Positions 12,030 through 24,241 of a stretch of DNA of 64,000 nucleotides are shown here, one piece after another. Source of the DNA: Stegostoma tigrinum (Eukaryota); assembly GCF_030684315.1 (NCBI RefSeq), contig NC_081379.1, positions 43,295,404-43,359,403 of the forward strand, in the 5' to 3' direction. Both the position numbers and the translations under genes were made by a program. A model generated the notes under the pieces. The model saw only the letters and a list, made by a program, of their open reading frames with translations, ran no database searches and had not been told where the DNA came from. Position 1 is the stretch's first letter; every line of letters starts with the position of its first letter.

Positions 12030-12218
12030 AACTGCGAATGCTGTAAATCAGGAATAAAAGCTAGTTGTTGCTAGAAAAACTCAGCAGGTCTGGCAGCATC
12101 TGTGAAGGGAAAAAAACAGAGTTAACGTTTCGGGTCCGATAACCCTGTGCAAGGGTTAACTCTGCTTTTACCTTCACAGATGCTGCCAGACCTGCTGAGC
12201 TTTTCCAGCAGCCTTGTT
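12030..12218. repeat. Short palindromic PLE-tail-derived element (second family)
   Basis: CTCAGCAGGTCTGGCAGCATCTGTGAAGG...AGAGTTAAC / GTTAACTCT...CCTTCACAGATGCTGCCAGACCTGCTGAG form an inverted repeat. Relatives lie at ~15520-15700, 19740-19835, 54850-54960 and 60490-60640. Confidence 0.75.
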
Positions 12219-12232
12219 CCGGATCCAGGTAT

Positions 12233-12750
12233 CAGAGATAATGGGAACTGCAGATGCTGGAGATTCCAAGATAATAAAATGTGAGGCTGGATGAACACAG
12301 CAGGCCAAGCAGCATCTCAGGAGCACAAAAGCTGACGTTTCGGGCCTAGACCCTTCATCAGAGAGGGGGATGGAGGGAGGGAACTGGAATAAATAGGGAG
12401 AGAGGGGGAGGCGTACCGAAGATGGAGAGTAAAGAAGATAGGTGGAGAGGGTGTAGGTGGGGAGGTAGGGAGGGGATAGGTTAGTCCAGGGAAGACGGAC
12501 AGGTCAAGGAGGTGGGATGAGGTTAGTAGGTGGACTGACCTATCCCCCTCCCTACCTCCCCACCTACACCCTCTCCACCTATCTTCTTTACTCTCCATCT
12601 TCGGTACGCCTCCCCCTCTCTCCCTATTTATTCCAGTTCCCTCCCTCCATCCCCCTCTCTGATGAAGGGTCTAGGCCCGAAACGTCAGCTTTTGTGCTCC
12701 TGAGATGCTGCTTGGCCTGCTGTGTTCATCCAGCCTCACATTTTATTATC
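12233..12750. mobile_element. Young PLE terminal-repeat-only insertion forming a ~220-bp-arm inverted repeat, 15-bp TSD, two hammerhead cores
   Basis: TSD TCCGGATCCAGGTAT at 12218-12232 and 12751-12765. Arms ~12269-12488 and 12531-12751. Hammerheads at 12334-12361 (-) and 12659-12686 (+). Confidence 0.9.
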
Positions 12751-12809
12751 TCCGGATCCAGGTATGTTGAGCCTGGTTGCTAAGGCCTATTCTCCCACCC
12801 CTTCACCAG

Positions 12810-13100
12810 TTGCACCAATACGGTGTGTAAATGGACAGAGCTGTCCCGAAACACCCAACCATAGGCAAATAACTAGGCGGAGCTTTGTTCATGCCCGCAT
12901 TGATTGGTCCGTTAGCTCAAGAATGCTGCCAAGTCCGGGCGCTGATTGGTCCGATACTGGACAGCGCTATTGGCTGCTTCGATGAGGTTGGCGTATTGTT
13001 GATTCTGACCAATAGGAGCCCTGTCCTTTGCCCCATTGCTGGTCGGCGGAGCGGCTTCCGGCGGATATGGCGATGTGCGGTCAGTGAGTCTGCAGTCTGC
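12810..13100 (+). promoter_or_regulatory. UFD1 promoter (CpG-rich; CCAAT boxes, ETS and YY1-like motifs)
   Basis: CCAAT/ATTGG at 12815, 12903, 12945, 12969 and 13009. CTTCCGG at 13055-13061 and ATGGCG at 13067-13072. Confidence 0.75.
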
Positions 13101-13183
13101 GCTGATCAGCAAGTTGTTAATTTGATAAAGAGCGAACCCGATTGACAACTCAATACAGCGTCGCACCCAGAATAAAGTCAAAG

Positions 13184-13186
13184 ATG
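13184..13186 (+). CDS. UFD1: UFD1 exon 1, coding part (ATG only)
   Basis: aagATG|GTAAGT; phase 0 joins exon 2 to give MFAFNMFD. Confidence 0.85.
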
Positions 13187-14344
13187 GTAAGTTATTTGGA
13201 GTGTGCATGGGAGGTACTGTCAGTTCGGGATGTGGAGACGAGACACAATCACGGGCATGGATTCTGGCCTCAGTCATACCCCACAGCCCCTCTCCTGTGT
13301 ATTTAGTGTTTGGGGTTGAGATGGGGGTAACCGGGAGCTAGCGCAGGTTCTGTGCTCAACCAACATAAATAATTGTCAATAGTTACGGATAGGAAATATG
13401 ATGTTATAACACATTTCCTAATTTTGATGTTTAATAACCCGAATCCTGAAAGATGGTCGCTGCTTTTAATGGACTGTTTTGTTTTATTATTTGATAGAGC
13501 TTGACAATTCCAGCCGAAGCTGTGTAAAATTCAGCTCGAAAGCCCTTCTTCACCAGCCACATACTGGGATAGTCTTGGCTAAGATGTTGACTTGGGGAAA
13601 TTGAGTAATAAGTGATGAGTCCATCATTGAATACCTTTTCAAAATAGTATAAGATCACTGTAATGCTGAACCACAGTTGTGATAATCTTGCAGGGAAATT
13701 GTTTCGCTGGAAAGTAACATCTAACAGATTGTAGTAATTTTAAGTTTACAAATAGTGTTTGGGTACTGTTAATTTGTTTAGATTTTTTGTGAATCTGTCA
13801 ACAAATTTTAGTTTTTTTTGCTAATATTTTTTGTTGGTTTATACTGAAGGCAGTCTTTTCACCATTAGATGCCAATGCCATGTTTTGAAAATTAGAGCAG
13901 TTGTGTTTTTTAAATAGAAATGTAAAATGTGTGAAAAGCTCATTTGATTCGAGCAACACACTTCAATGCATACCATGCATATAAGGCAATGGCTCTAATT
14001 GCATTTATCCACTGTAATCCCATATATCTTTACAGGTGATTGTGAGAGCCACTATATAAATGAAATTTAGTAGTTTTGCTGAATTAATTTTTATTTCCAA
14101 TGATTAGTCAGTCTAATATCTAGAATTCCTCTGTGACACATTAGGGCCCTGATGAAGAACCTGGAGTATTCAGACAAGAAAGGAGGGCAAGGGTAAATGA
14201 AACCTTCCAGCTTATTCTTTGACCTCCTTCAGTAAACCCTAGGAGAGATATTAAATATATTCTTTCTGCATTTTGATGTGATACATTTTGATGTTTTTCT
14301 TTGTGACATTTCCTCATTTTCTCTCTCTCTCTCTTTTGTTGCAG

Positions 14345-14474
14345 TTTGCCTTCAATATGTTTGATCAGGCAATTCCACATGCCTTTCGGAATCGTTTCTC
14401 AACACAGTACCGATGCTACTCAGTCTCTATGTTTGCAGGCAGCGATCGATCGGATGTAGAGAAAGGAGGCAAAA
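14345..14474 (+). CDS. UFD1: UFD1 exon 2
   Basis: FAFNMFDQAIPHAFRNRFSTQYRCYSVSMFAGSDRSDVEKGGK; AG/GTAAGT boundaries. Confidence 0.97.
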
Positions 14475-15829
14475 GTAAGTGGATGGGAAAGTGGTGCGAT
14501 GGGTGTGATCGAACATGTTTGTTGGTAATCTACTGGAAAATGAATTTGCTTCATGAATGAGCAGGCTGAATAGTGAGTTATAGAGGTGAAAGAGGTTTGA
14601 TATTCTATTGTCCTGTTGATGAATCTTACTTATGATGCAAGTGCTAGGTATTGATATGAAATATATTTCTAAATGTCTATTTGAAAAGAGATTCAAGAGA
14701 ACCACAAATTGAGATGATATGGAGTGGTACCAGAATTAAAGGGAAGTTTCTGCGGAAGACTGGTTTGTGAGATAAGTGCAGTGTCGTTCAGTGGGAGCGC
14801 TATACCTCTGAGTGGCGTGAACCCAGATCTTCAAAGACCTGAACGTGTAATTTATTCTGATATTTCAGTGCACTTTTGAGAGGCAGCTACACTGTTGAGA
14901 TGAAATATTAATTTTATGCCCCATTAGCATTTTCTGGGAACTACAAGGAGACAACTACTTTAGGTACATTTAAGTCATCATTGGATAAGCATATGGACGT
15001 ACATGGAATAGTGTAGGTTAGAGGGGCTTCAGATAGGTATGACAGGTTGGCATAACATCGAGGGCCGAAGGGCCTGTACTGTGCTGTAATGTTCTATGTG
15101 CTATGTACAAAGAATCCCAGATTACTGGTTTAAGAATAATTGAGAATTTTCTCCTATATCTCTTCAATCAGTACCCAAGATTACAGTGGATAGTTGTAGT
15201 CTGTATGTTAGAAATGCAGAGGTGCTGGAAAAGGTGCATTAAAGATTTAAAAAGATAAAACCAGAACTGAGGTTACAAGAAAGACTGAACAGATTGGAAA
15301 CGAGTGAAGCCAAAGATGACCCAATAATGGCATATCAAATTATGAATTCTGATAGGATACATAAGAGATAATGTTCTGGTGGAAGCTCAAAACTAGGAGC
15401 TTTAAGATAGTCACTAATATATCCAAAATGGAATTCAGAAGAAACTTATTTCCAACTAAATTTTTTCACTGCTGTCTTACAGGCATCTTGATTCAGAGCT
15501 TAGGAAAAAAACCCCAGGAATTTCTGGAAAAGCTCAGCAAGTCTGGCAGCATCTGTGGAGGGAAATCAGAGTTGACGTTTCAGGTCAAGTGACTCTTCCT
15601 CAGAACTCGGGTCACTGGACCCAAAATGTTAACTCTGCTTTCTCTCCACAAATGCTGCCAGACTTGCTGAGCCTTTCCAGCAATTTCTGTTTTCGTTTCT
15701 GTGGAAAGCATGTGCAGTTTATTTTTTTTTTTAAAATCAGATCTTAGGCGTTGGTTTCAGGAGGGAATCGTTTTCTAATGTAAAGCTAATCCCCAGCTGC
15801 TTTTTTGACTCCAAACTGTAGTCTCAAAC

Positions 15830-17310
15830 CACACTCTCCTGTTGTCTTCATTCTTGTGTCCAACAAGCTTGTGTGAAGAGCTAATATTCTTTGTTCCTAC
15901 AGTCAAGTCCCATCTATTTCTGATCTGCTGCCTCAGCTACATGCCTTTGTTCCATTGGCCCAAAGCCACAAATCCAGGAATATTCCCCCCACTCTAGCCC
16001 TGAACACTGTCTTATGCTAATTTCTGTCCAAACAGCCTTTGTTTCTTCTCCAAACTCATCCTGTCAAAGCAGGCTACTTCTTGCTCTCTCAACACTGTTC
16101 CCACTAAACCATTGACCACCCAACCTTCCATCTGGATCACCACGAAACCAGCATTATTAACGCACCCTCTCTCTCCCTTCACTCTTTCATGTTCTCTCCC
16201 TTAAATCTGTCACCAACTCTCCTCCAAAAAAAACTTGCTTATGTCTAGACTTACTGTCCATCTCAGACCTTTCTTTGCTTTTCACAGCCATTGAACTTGT
16301 ACGTTCCCAAATCTGTCCCCATTTTTCTCAGTTATTTTTAAAATCTCTTCAATTACATTTCTGCCCTTTTCACAGTTCTAAAATCTTGTGCCAAAGTCTC
16401 ATATGCCTGTGTCTCTCTCAACCTGACAAGGATAAACAACTCCTCCTCCTCCTCCTCTAAGGACTCTTCACTGACATCTAGATGTCTGGGATTGTTCTAT
16501 GATTCACTTTCTGCTGCAAGCCGTAACCTCTGGTGTCTCCTAAAAAATCTATCCTTCTCCCCTCTTATTTATTAATTAAGGCTTAGCATTAGTTTTCACA
16601 TGTAAGCTGATGACACCCATCTTTACCTTACTACTACACCTGTCGGCTCCTCTACTATTGCTAAATGTCAGACTGTGTATTCAACATCCAGTGTAGGATG
16701 AGCAGGAATGTCTTCAGATGAAATAGTGGAAAAACTTAAGCCATTGCTTTGATCGCTGTTTCAAAATTCATCCCCTAGCTTTCAACTCTATTTTTTTGCT
16801 CTTTCTCTCTGGCAGTGCTCTGATACTGATCACAAACGGAAATGATTGTCAAAATATTTGATTTTTGAGGTGGGCTTTCAACATATTTACCCCATCACAA
16901 AGACTAATCTGTTCGCTGGTTCCCTTGTTATCTGTCTTCCATAATCCACTCCTGTCTGGTCAAGTTTATCCAAAATGCTGCTGCCTGAATCTTTATTCAA
17001 ACCAAACCTGTCCACCTATCACCACTGTGCTTGATGGGCCCTGATAATGCATCATCTTCATTTTAAGTTTTTGGTCTTGTTTTCAAACCCCACATTTAGC
17101 TCACTGCTTTCTACCTTTGTAATCTTCACAGTACCTTCTGACGTAACTTCACTCATCTACTTCTGGCCTCTTGTGCATTTTTCAGTTCATATCGCTGTTA
17201 TTAGTGACTGAGCCTTCACTTGCCAAGTCCCTAAGTTCTGGAATTCCCGTCTACCTTTCTTTCCTCCTTTTAAGATGTGCTTTTAAAGCCTGGCTCTTTG
17301 CCTGACCATT
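15830..17310 (+). mobile_element. Decayed L2 LINE fragment
   Basis: FHM*ADDTHLYL (YADD motif remnant) at ~16595-16630 and C/T-rich L2-like sequence. Confidence 0.65.
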
Positions 17311-17329
17311 TAAAAGAAGGCCTTGGGTA

Positions 17330-18035
17330 GTAGTAGAACAGAGACACCTAGGGGTTCATGTACCTAATTCTTTGAAGTTTGAATCCCATGTAAACAGGGT
17401 AGTTAAGAAAGTGTTTAGCATGTGTGCCTTCATTGCTCAGACCTTTGAGTATAGGAGTTGGGACGGCATGTTGAGGTTGTACAGGACAAGGCCCCTTCTG
17501 GAGTACTGCATTCATTTCTGGTCGCCCTCTTGTAGGAAGGATATCATTTAAGCTAGAAAGTTAGGAAGAGATTTATCAGACTTGTTGCTGGGAATGGAGG
17601 GCCTGAGTTATCATGAGAGGCTGGAAAGGCTGGGATTTTTTTCACTGGAGCATAGAAGATTGAGGGGTGACCTTATAGAGACCTATAAAATCATGAGATG
17701 TATAGACAGGGTGAATGGCATGTGTCTTTACCCTAGGGTTGGGGATTTCAAGACTGGGGTATATTTTTTAAGGTGAGAGGGCAAAGATTTTAAAAAATAC
17801 AAAAGGGGCAATTTTTTAAAAAAATGGAGTGGTTTGGATGTGGAATGAACTTCCAGAGGAAGTGTTAAGTGCAAGTGCAGTTACAGCATTGAAAACACAT
17901 TTGGACAAGTATATGAAAAAGAAATGTTTGGAGGGATATGGGCCAAGCACAAGCAGGTGGAATTAGTTCAGTTTGGGATTATGGTAGGCATGGACTGGTT
18001 GGACTGAAGGGTCTATTTCCGTGCTGTATGACTGA
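17330..18035 (+). mobile_element. CR1 LINE 3' fragment
   Basis: LSYHERLERLGFFSLEHRRLRGDLIETYKIM followed by a CR1 tail. Confidence 0.9.
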
Positions 18036-18238
18036 CTTTATTTGATCATTTAACCTTCGATCTCTTAATGTTGCTTAATGTCATATCTGTTTTGTAGTAT
18101 TCTTATTAGGCATGTAGGGATGGTTTATTTTGTTGAAGAGTACTATAACCAGAACTTTGTTTCAAAATTGGATACTGGAATAGTTTGCTTTTTATTATAC
18201 TTATCTGCATTGCATTCAAATTTTTTTTCTCTCTGCAG

Positions 18239-18271
18239 TAATAATGCCACCATCTGCTCTGGATCAACTGA
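18239..18271 (+). CDS. UFD1: UFD1 exon 3
   Basis: (I)IMPPSALDQL; CAG/GTAAGT boundaries. Confidence 0.97.
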
Positions 18272-18811
18272 GTAAGTACCTGAATCCCTGAGAGCAGTTT
18301 TTAACCACTGTTGAACAGCAAATTAATGCAAGCAACAATTTGTAAAAACAATTAGTTCCTTGACATGTGTGTCTTGACAAAGGTCCTGTCAGATTTTTTT
18401 GAACAAATCTCTCTCTTGCCCTCAATTCTAAAGCATTCACCACTATCCAAGTTCTTTTTTTTTAAAAGAAATGTATTGCATTCTGATTATGAGCTTCCCT
18501 TTGGAAATAAGATTTTTACCTAAGTACTTGACTAGGGTAACAAGTTGAAAATGAAGAATCCAGGAACAAGAATGGAAGTGTGTGGATCTTTCTACACCAA
18601 AGCATGTTTGACCTGTGGAGTATGTTGCATGCGAGGTTGTTGTTGACAGTAGAAGTTGGATTGAAGAATAATTGGTATTGGGGTAGTGGGATTTAATGTT
18701 TTAGAAAGGGATGGGCCTGCTGAAGTTTTTCTTTGCCAAAAATATTCATGTTCTTAGTCTGCTGTGTTTTATGACTGTACTGGAACTATTTACTGTTTTA
18801 TTTTCTGTCAG

Positions 18812-18933
18812 GTCGTCTGAATATTACATACCCAATGCTTTTTAAACTTACAAATAGAAAAACTGACCGAATGACGCATTGTGGTGTCCTGGAATTTGTG
18901 GCAGAAGAAGGTATCTGTTACCTGCCTCACTGG
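18812..18933 (+). CDS. UFD1: UFD1 exon 4
   Basis: (S)[40 protein letters not shown]; GTGAGT donor. Confidence 0.98.
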
Positions 18934-19909
18934 GTGAGTGATGGTTGGTGGGGAATGTGACCACAGCACTGTATTTCAAGAAGCAGTGCTGCTTTTTAGA
19001 AAAAAAGCCCTGTGAATGCTTTACCAAGCTCATTGATTTTTGGAACTTGAGCTGACGGTAGGAAGCTATATGTTTCACTACCTAGAGACAGGATTCCCTG
19101 AAGATAACAGCCGTAATCATGAGGCCAACTAATTGGATTTTCTTTCCTTATTTTTGCAGAGATGTCTTTCAATACTTTTAGAATTTTTTTGGCTTTATTT
19201 TCAAGCGTAGATTTCATAATTCCCTATAATGATAAACTGTCTTGAATTTAGTAGAAGTGAATTATCCGATAAAAGCACTGTACATTATTCAGCATAGTCT
19301 GAAATTAATGTGACAAATTTTGAATGAAGCAACTTCCAATTAAGTAAACTTCCTTAAACTGAACTGTGTTCAAGACTTTTGCTGAAAGCATAGTTTTTAA
19401 ACTTGAAGGCCCAGAATGTCAAAAGAAACTTTAGTGCTCTAACCCGCCATTGACTTGCCCTAGAGAACTGACGGAACCAACTGTGTTTACATTTCACTTC
19501 TGAATTCCCAACATATCTGTGTAGTTCATCCACAAATTCATCAGTTATACTTGGGTTTAAAATGTTAAACTATGAGGAAAAGTTCCATGATCATGGCTTT
19601 TATTTCCTTGCGTAGAGAGAATCTTTTTTAACTGCATCGATAATGATAGATGCTGAAAAAAGCATAACTTAATGACTGAAGGGGCTGAATAGCCTATGCT
19701 TGTTCATGTGAACTGAGCTGAGTCTAGCTCTGATACATTTTCTGAGGAAGGGTCACAGAATCTGAAACGTTAACTCTGATTTCTCAGATGCTGCCAGACC
19801 TGCTGAACTTTTTCAGCAAATTTCTGTTTTTGTTCCGATACACTTTGTTCTTTCTTTGATAATCAGCACCAACCACACATACATCACCCTCCTCCACCCC
19901 GGTAATGAT

Positions 19910-21330
19910 TTAGATGATGGACAAAATGTAAAATTTCTATGTTTGCAGATTATACAAAGCTGGGTGGGAGGGTGAACCGTGAAAGAGATGCAGAAATGCT
20001 TAAGTGTGACTTAGACAAGTTGACTGAGTGGGCAAATGCATGGCAGATGAAGTGCAATGTGGATAAATGAGATTATCCACTTTAACTGAAAGGCAGATTA
20101 TTATCTGAATGGTGATAGATTGGTAAATGGAGAAGTACAACAAGACCTGAGTGTTTTTGTACACCAGTCGCTGAAAATAAGCACGCATGTGCAGAAGGTA
20201 AATGCCTTCATAGCGAAATCACTCAAGTACCAGAGAACAATGTCTTGCTACAATTGTGCAGGACCTTGGTGAGACCAGATGGTGTGCAGTTTAGGTCTCC
20301 ATAATCTGAGAAAATGTGGTCTGGCTATTGAGAGAGTGCAACAAAGGTTACCAGGCGGATGCATGAAGAGAGATTGAATCTGTTGGAACTATATTCACTG
20401 TGAGATTATAAGAATGGGCATGGGGAATCTGCATGTGCTGACCCCAGCATAGAGGTCGTCTTCATCTTTGGTGTCCGGGTATTCCAGTAGGCGGTCTTGT
20501 TGGGCATAACAGTCTTGGCCTGGCGTGGCTGCCTTTGGCAGAGGCTTCTGGCCTACTGTCGCGCGACCTGGTGTGGTGGTCTTGTCCGGCTGCGCCTTCA
20601 AGGGGCATGGAATGCATTGCCGGAGAGGTAGTATAGTCGGCCTCATTAGGGTCATTTAAGCTGCTATTAGATAGGCATGATAGTTCAGGTAGTGGTGGAG
20701 GTTAGATAGACCTTAGGTTTAGGGTAAAAGTTCGGCACAACATCATGGGCTGAAGGGCCTGTACTGTGCTGTACGGTTCTATGTTCAGGGTATTCTATCA
20801 TTCCTAAATCACTTTTCCCGAGCCCAGGATCCATTAACTGAAGTGATGAACTTTGTCTTTATTTTACCTTTTTCATTATTATATGTGACCTCAGTCACTA
20901 AAGTAGGTGCTATGGTAGGGTGATCTATTAAACTTTGCACACCTGACATTAATTTTCTATTCTGTTCATTTAAAAAAAAAAATTCTAATGGCTACTCAGG
21001 ATAAATGCAGGAAGGATGTTCCCAGTCACGGGTGTGTCTGGAACCAGGGGTCACATTCTAAGAATACAGGGCAGTCCGTTTAGGACAGAGATGAGAATAA
21101 ATTTCTTCATGGTGAGCCTGTGGAATTCACTGTTACTGAAAGCGGTCGAGACCAAATTGTGGCATGTTTTCAAGATAAAATCGTTAGGGCTAAAGGGATC
21201 AGAGTATGGGGAGAAAGCCGGAACAGTGTACTGAATTACATGAATTGCTGTGGTCATGTTGAATGGGATAGCAGGCTTGAAGGGCCAAATGGTTTCTTCC
21301 TGATCTTATTTTCTTTAATTCTATGTTCTT
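19910..21330 (+). mobile_element. CR1 fragments with a nested insertion (~20430-20790)
   Basis: FADYTKLGG-like RT motif near 19940-19970 and CR1-type tails at ~20780 and ~21320. Confidence 0.7.
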
Positions 21331-21628
21331 AATTCCATATCGAGAAGTAAGTACCCGTACTCTGCTTGACATTCCTATTTAGTGATATAGCTAAGATTAA
21401 CTGAACCAGTTTAGGAGAGTTCACTTGTGCAAATTTTTGTCAGTCTACTTGTAGAGGTCCTCCAAATGTTTTGTCTAATGTTGCAACTTGAATGGATGTA
21501 CAGTATATGTAAGGATATGGTTGATATATTCCAGTTCAAGACGCAGTATACATTTGTTCATTTATTTGCTTTCATTCTGGTTTATCCTTTTTTTTTATGT
21601 ATGCCCTAAATAACAAATCTGTCTCTAG

Positions 21629-21759
21629 ATGATGCAGAACCTACTGCTGGAGGAAGGGGGCCTCGTTCAGGTCGAGAGCGTGAACCTCATGGTGGCCACT
21701 TACTCCAAATTTCAGCCACAAGCTCCAGATTTCCTGGATATCACAAACCCAAAAGCTGT
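21629..21759 (+). CDS. UFD1: UFD1 exon 5
   Basis: [43 protein letters not shown](V). Confidence 0.98.
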
Positions 21760-23546
21760 GTATCCTTCAGTTGCTCAACTGTGATGTGATTACATAGCTC
21801 TAATTTAATTGGCTATAGTTTTAAACTGGATTTTGCCTCTCTCAGATCAGTGTGTATTATGACGCACAAAACGGCACAATTATGTTACAAGTTGGATAGG
21901 GCTATAGTTCACTTTTGAAGTCTGTCACTTTTTACATGTAGCTGTCTACCTCAATTCTGCTAAATCAGTGTAGTTCAAAGGAAGTATTAATTCTTTACCT
22001 TAGAATGGCAGCAAATTATTTCAACATCACAGTACTGGCTGAAGACATGTAACAGAACATGTGATATAACAAGGTGTAGAGCTGGATGAAGAGAGCAGAC
22101 CAGGCAGCATCAGAGGAGCAGGAAAGCTGACGCTTCGGGTCTGGACCCTTCTTCAGTGTGGTGGGAGGAAAGATACAGGTCAAGGAGGCGGGGATGAGAG
22201 GGGGGCTGGTCTCGGGATGAAATCAGGGTAGGGAAGATTTTGAAGCTCATAAGGTGCACATTGAGACCAACGCCTTTCCCACTTCCTACCTACACTCACC
22301 TCTGCTAGGTTCATCCCCACCTCCTGCTGAGGAAACTTATTCCCTGAACTGCCCTGAGACATCTTTCAAGGAGAGAAACTAAACCAGCATCTAAAATCAA
22401 CGCTGGCATCTTTTGAACAGAGATGCTTAATTCTGAACTTAATTTTAAAACAAAACTTGTTTGTCTTGGATCCTTCTGAAATGAAAACCAAACTAATGAC
22501 CTTGTATGTTTACTCTATCTTAAACCTCACATTATTTAAACCTCTTCCCATTAACAGGCATTTGCAGTCATCAACTCTGTAATGCAAACCGGATAAGGTC
22601 ACTTCTGGAAGGACTCTCTGATCTTTGTATATTTTTAAAACAAAATCCCTCAGAAATAACCAACACTTATGGTCAACTATTTTGAAATTCAAACTCCAAG
22701 CCCTCTTTTGTTGTGCATCTGTTATTTGATTCAGGTGCTTATGTGGTTGTTGTATGCTGGTTTAAAGACTCTTATTCCCCATGTAATAAATCACTTTCTT
22801 TTCCCTAGTTCTTATACAAGGTCCCCAAAATAATATCTGTAAATCAAAATGTATGAAAAATACGCCTTTGAGAAATTCTCTCCATATATGTCTAAGTGTT
22901 TGGAACCATTTGCTGCACTAAAAGCACATGTAAGCTAGATTCATTTTCTTTTACGAATATTCAGAAGTAAAATAAACACAATAGCAACATTTGTTCCGCT
23001 GTGAAATAGCCACTAAATTCCGTGCCAGATTGAATTTTTTTTTTAAAGGGACGAATTCTTCAGCTCAGTATTCACGTTGTTGGCTCACTTGATTTGCCAA
23101 AGGGACCATGTAGTTTACTACTTGCAGTAGATAACATTACATTAATTACTTTATTATCCTTAAGTTTACATTTCCAACTATCTCTGATACATGGCATTGC
23201 AGATGCTGGAGAATCTGAGATAACGAGGTCTAGAGCTGGATGAACACAGCAGGCCAAGCAGCATCAGCAGAGCAGGAAAGCTGACGTTTCGGGCATGGAC
23301 CTTTTCTTCAGAATATCAAATTTTCTGAAGAAGGATCTAGGTCTGAAACGTCAGCCTTCCTGCTCCTCTGATCCTGCTTGGCCTGCCGTGTTCATCCAGC
23401 TCTACACCTCGTTATCTCATTGCCTGTATCAACTGAGTACAGCATCTGGCTTCTTTGGAGAAATTGGTCATTGGTTTTCCTGGAACTTAATTATGTATTT
23501 GTCTAATGCCTATGTTCTGAATGGTTTCTTAACGTTCTCCTGTCAG
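21760..23546 (+). other. UFD1: U12-type (minor spliceosome) GT-AG intron 5 of UFD1
   Basis: 5' splice site GTATCCTT; branch-point TTCTTAAC at 23526-23533, ending 13 nt before the exon 6 start. Confidence 0.9.
23190..23420. mobile_element. Inverted pair of PLE tails with hammerhead-like cores
   Basis: Plus core CTGAAGA-AGGATCTAGGTCT-GAAACGTC at 23325-23352; mirror copy at 23283-23311. Confidence 0.75.
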
Positions 23547-23619
23547 ATTGGAAAATGCCTTAAGGAACTTTGCCTGCTTAACAACTGGTGATGTAATTGC
23601 TATCAACTATAATGAGAAG
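23547..23619 (+). CDS. UFD1: UFD1 exon 6
   Basis: [24 protein letters not shown]; GTGAGT donor. Confidence 0.98.
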
Positions 23620-24172
23620 GTGAGTAGTCAGTGTTGTATGGGGAGCACTTGACTGTTTCTGAGCTATGAACATTGCACAGGGGATACATGGGTATAAGTC
23701 AAATTTATAACTTGCTTGTACCTTTTTTTTTGTTTTGTTACAACTGTGTGTATATGATGTTTTCCTGGAGATTCACATGGATGTATCTCCTCCTGCTCAT
23801 GCTTGAAGGTTTTGGCACTTGAAATATAAAGAGTGAATAAAAGCTGTGGAGTGGAATCATAGCATGCTTAATCAGTTTGGAGTGTTAAAAGCTCAATCTT
23901 CCTCCTTCCCACTCCCACACCCTTGCCCTCCCTTCTCCCTTCCGACTCTCTCGCCCCTTTCACATCCTCTTTTTCTCTTCCCCGCCCCCGCCCCCGCCAA
24001 GCCAGTGACACCTGAAGATTTTCTCCTTTTGCTGCTGTCTGTGTATTGGGATATGTCGTGCATCAATTTCTACAAGCTCAATGTAATATTCTACATGTAG
24101 TAAGTCGATGTTACTGCATTGTGTCAATCTGATCTTTATGGGAGAGACTTTTGAAGAATTTGTGTATTTCAG

Positions 24173-24241
24173 ATCTATGAGCTTCGAGTCATGGAAACAA
24201 AACCAGATAAAGCGGTTTCCATCATTGAGTGTGATATGAAT
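24173..24241 (+). CDS. UFD1: UFD1 exon 7
   Basis: IYELRVMETKPDKAVSIIECDMN; GTAAGT donor. Confidence 0.98.
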
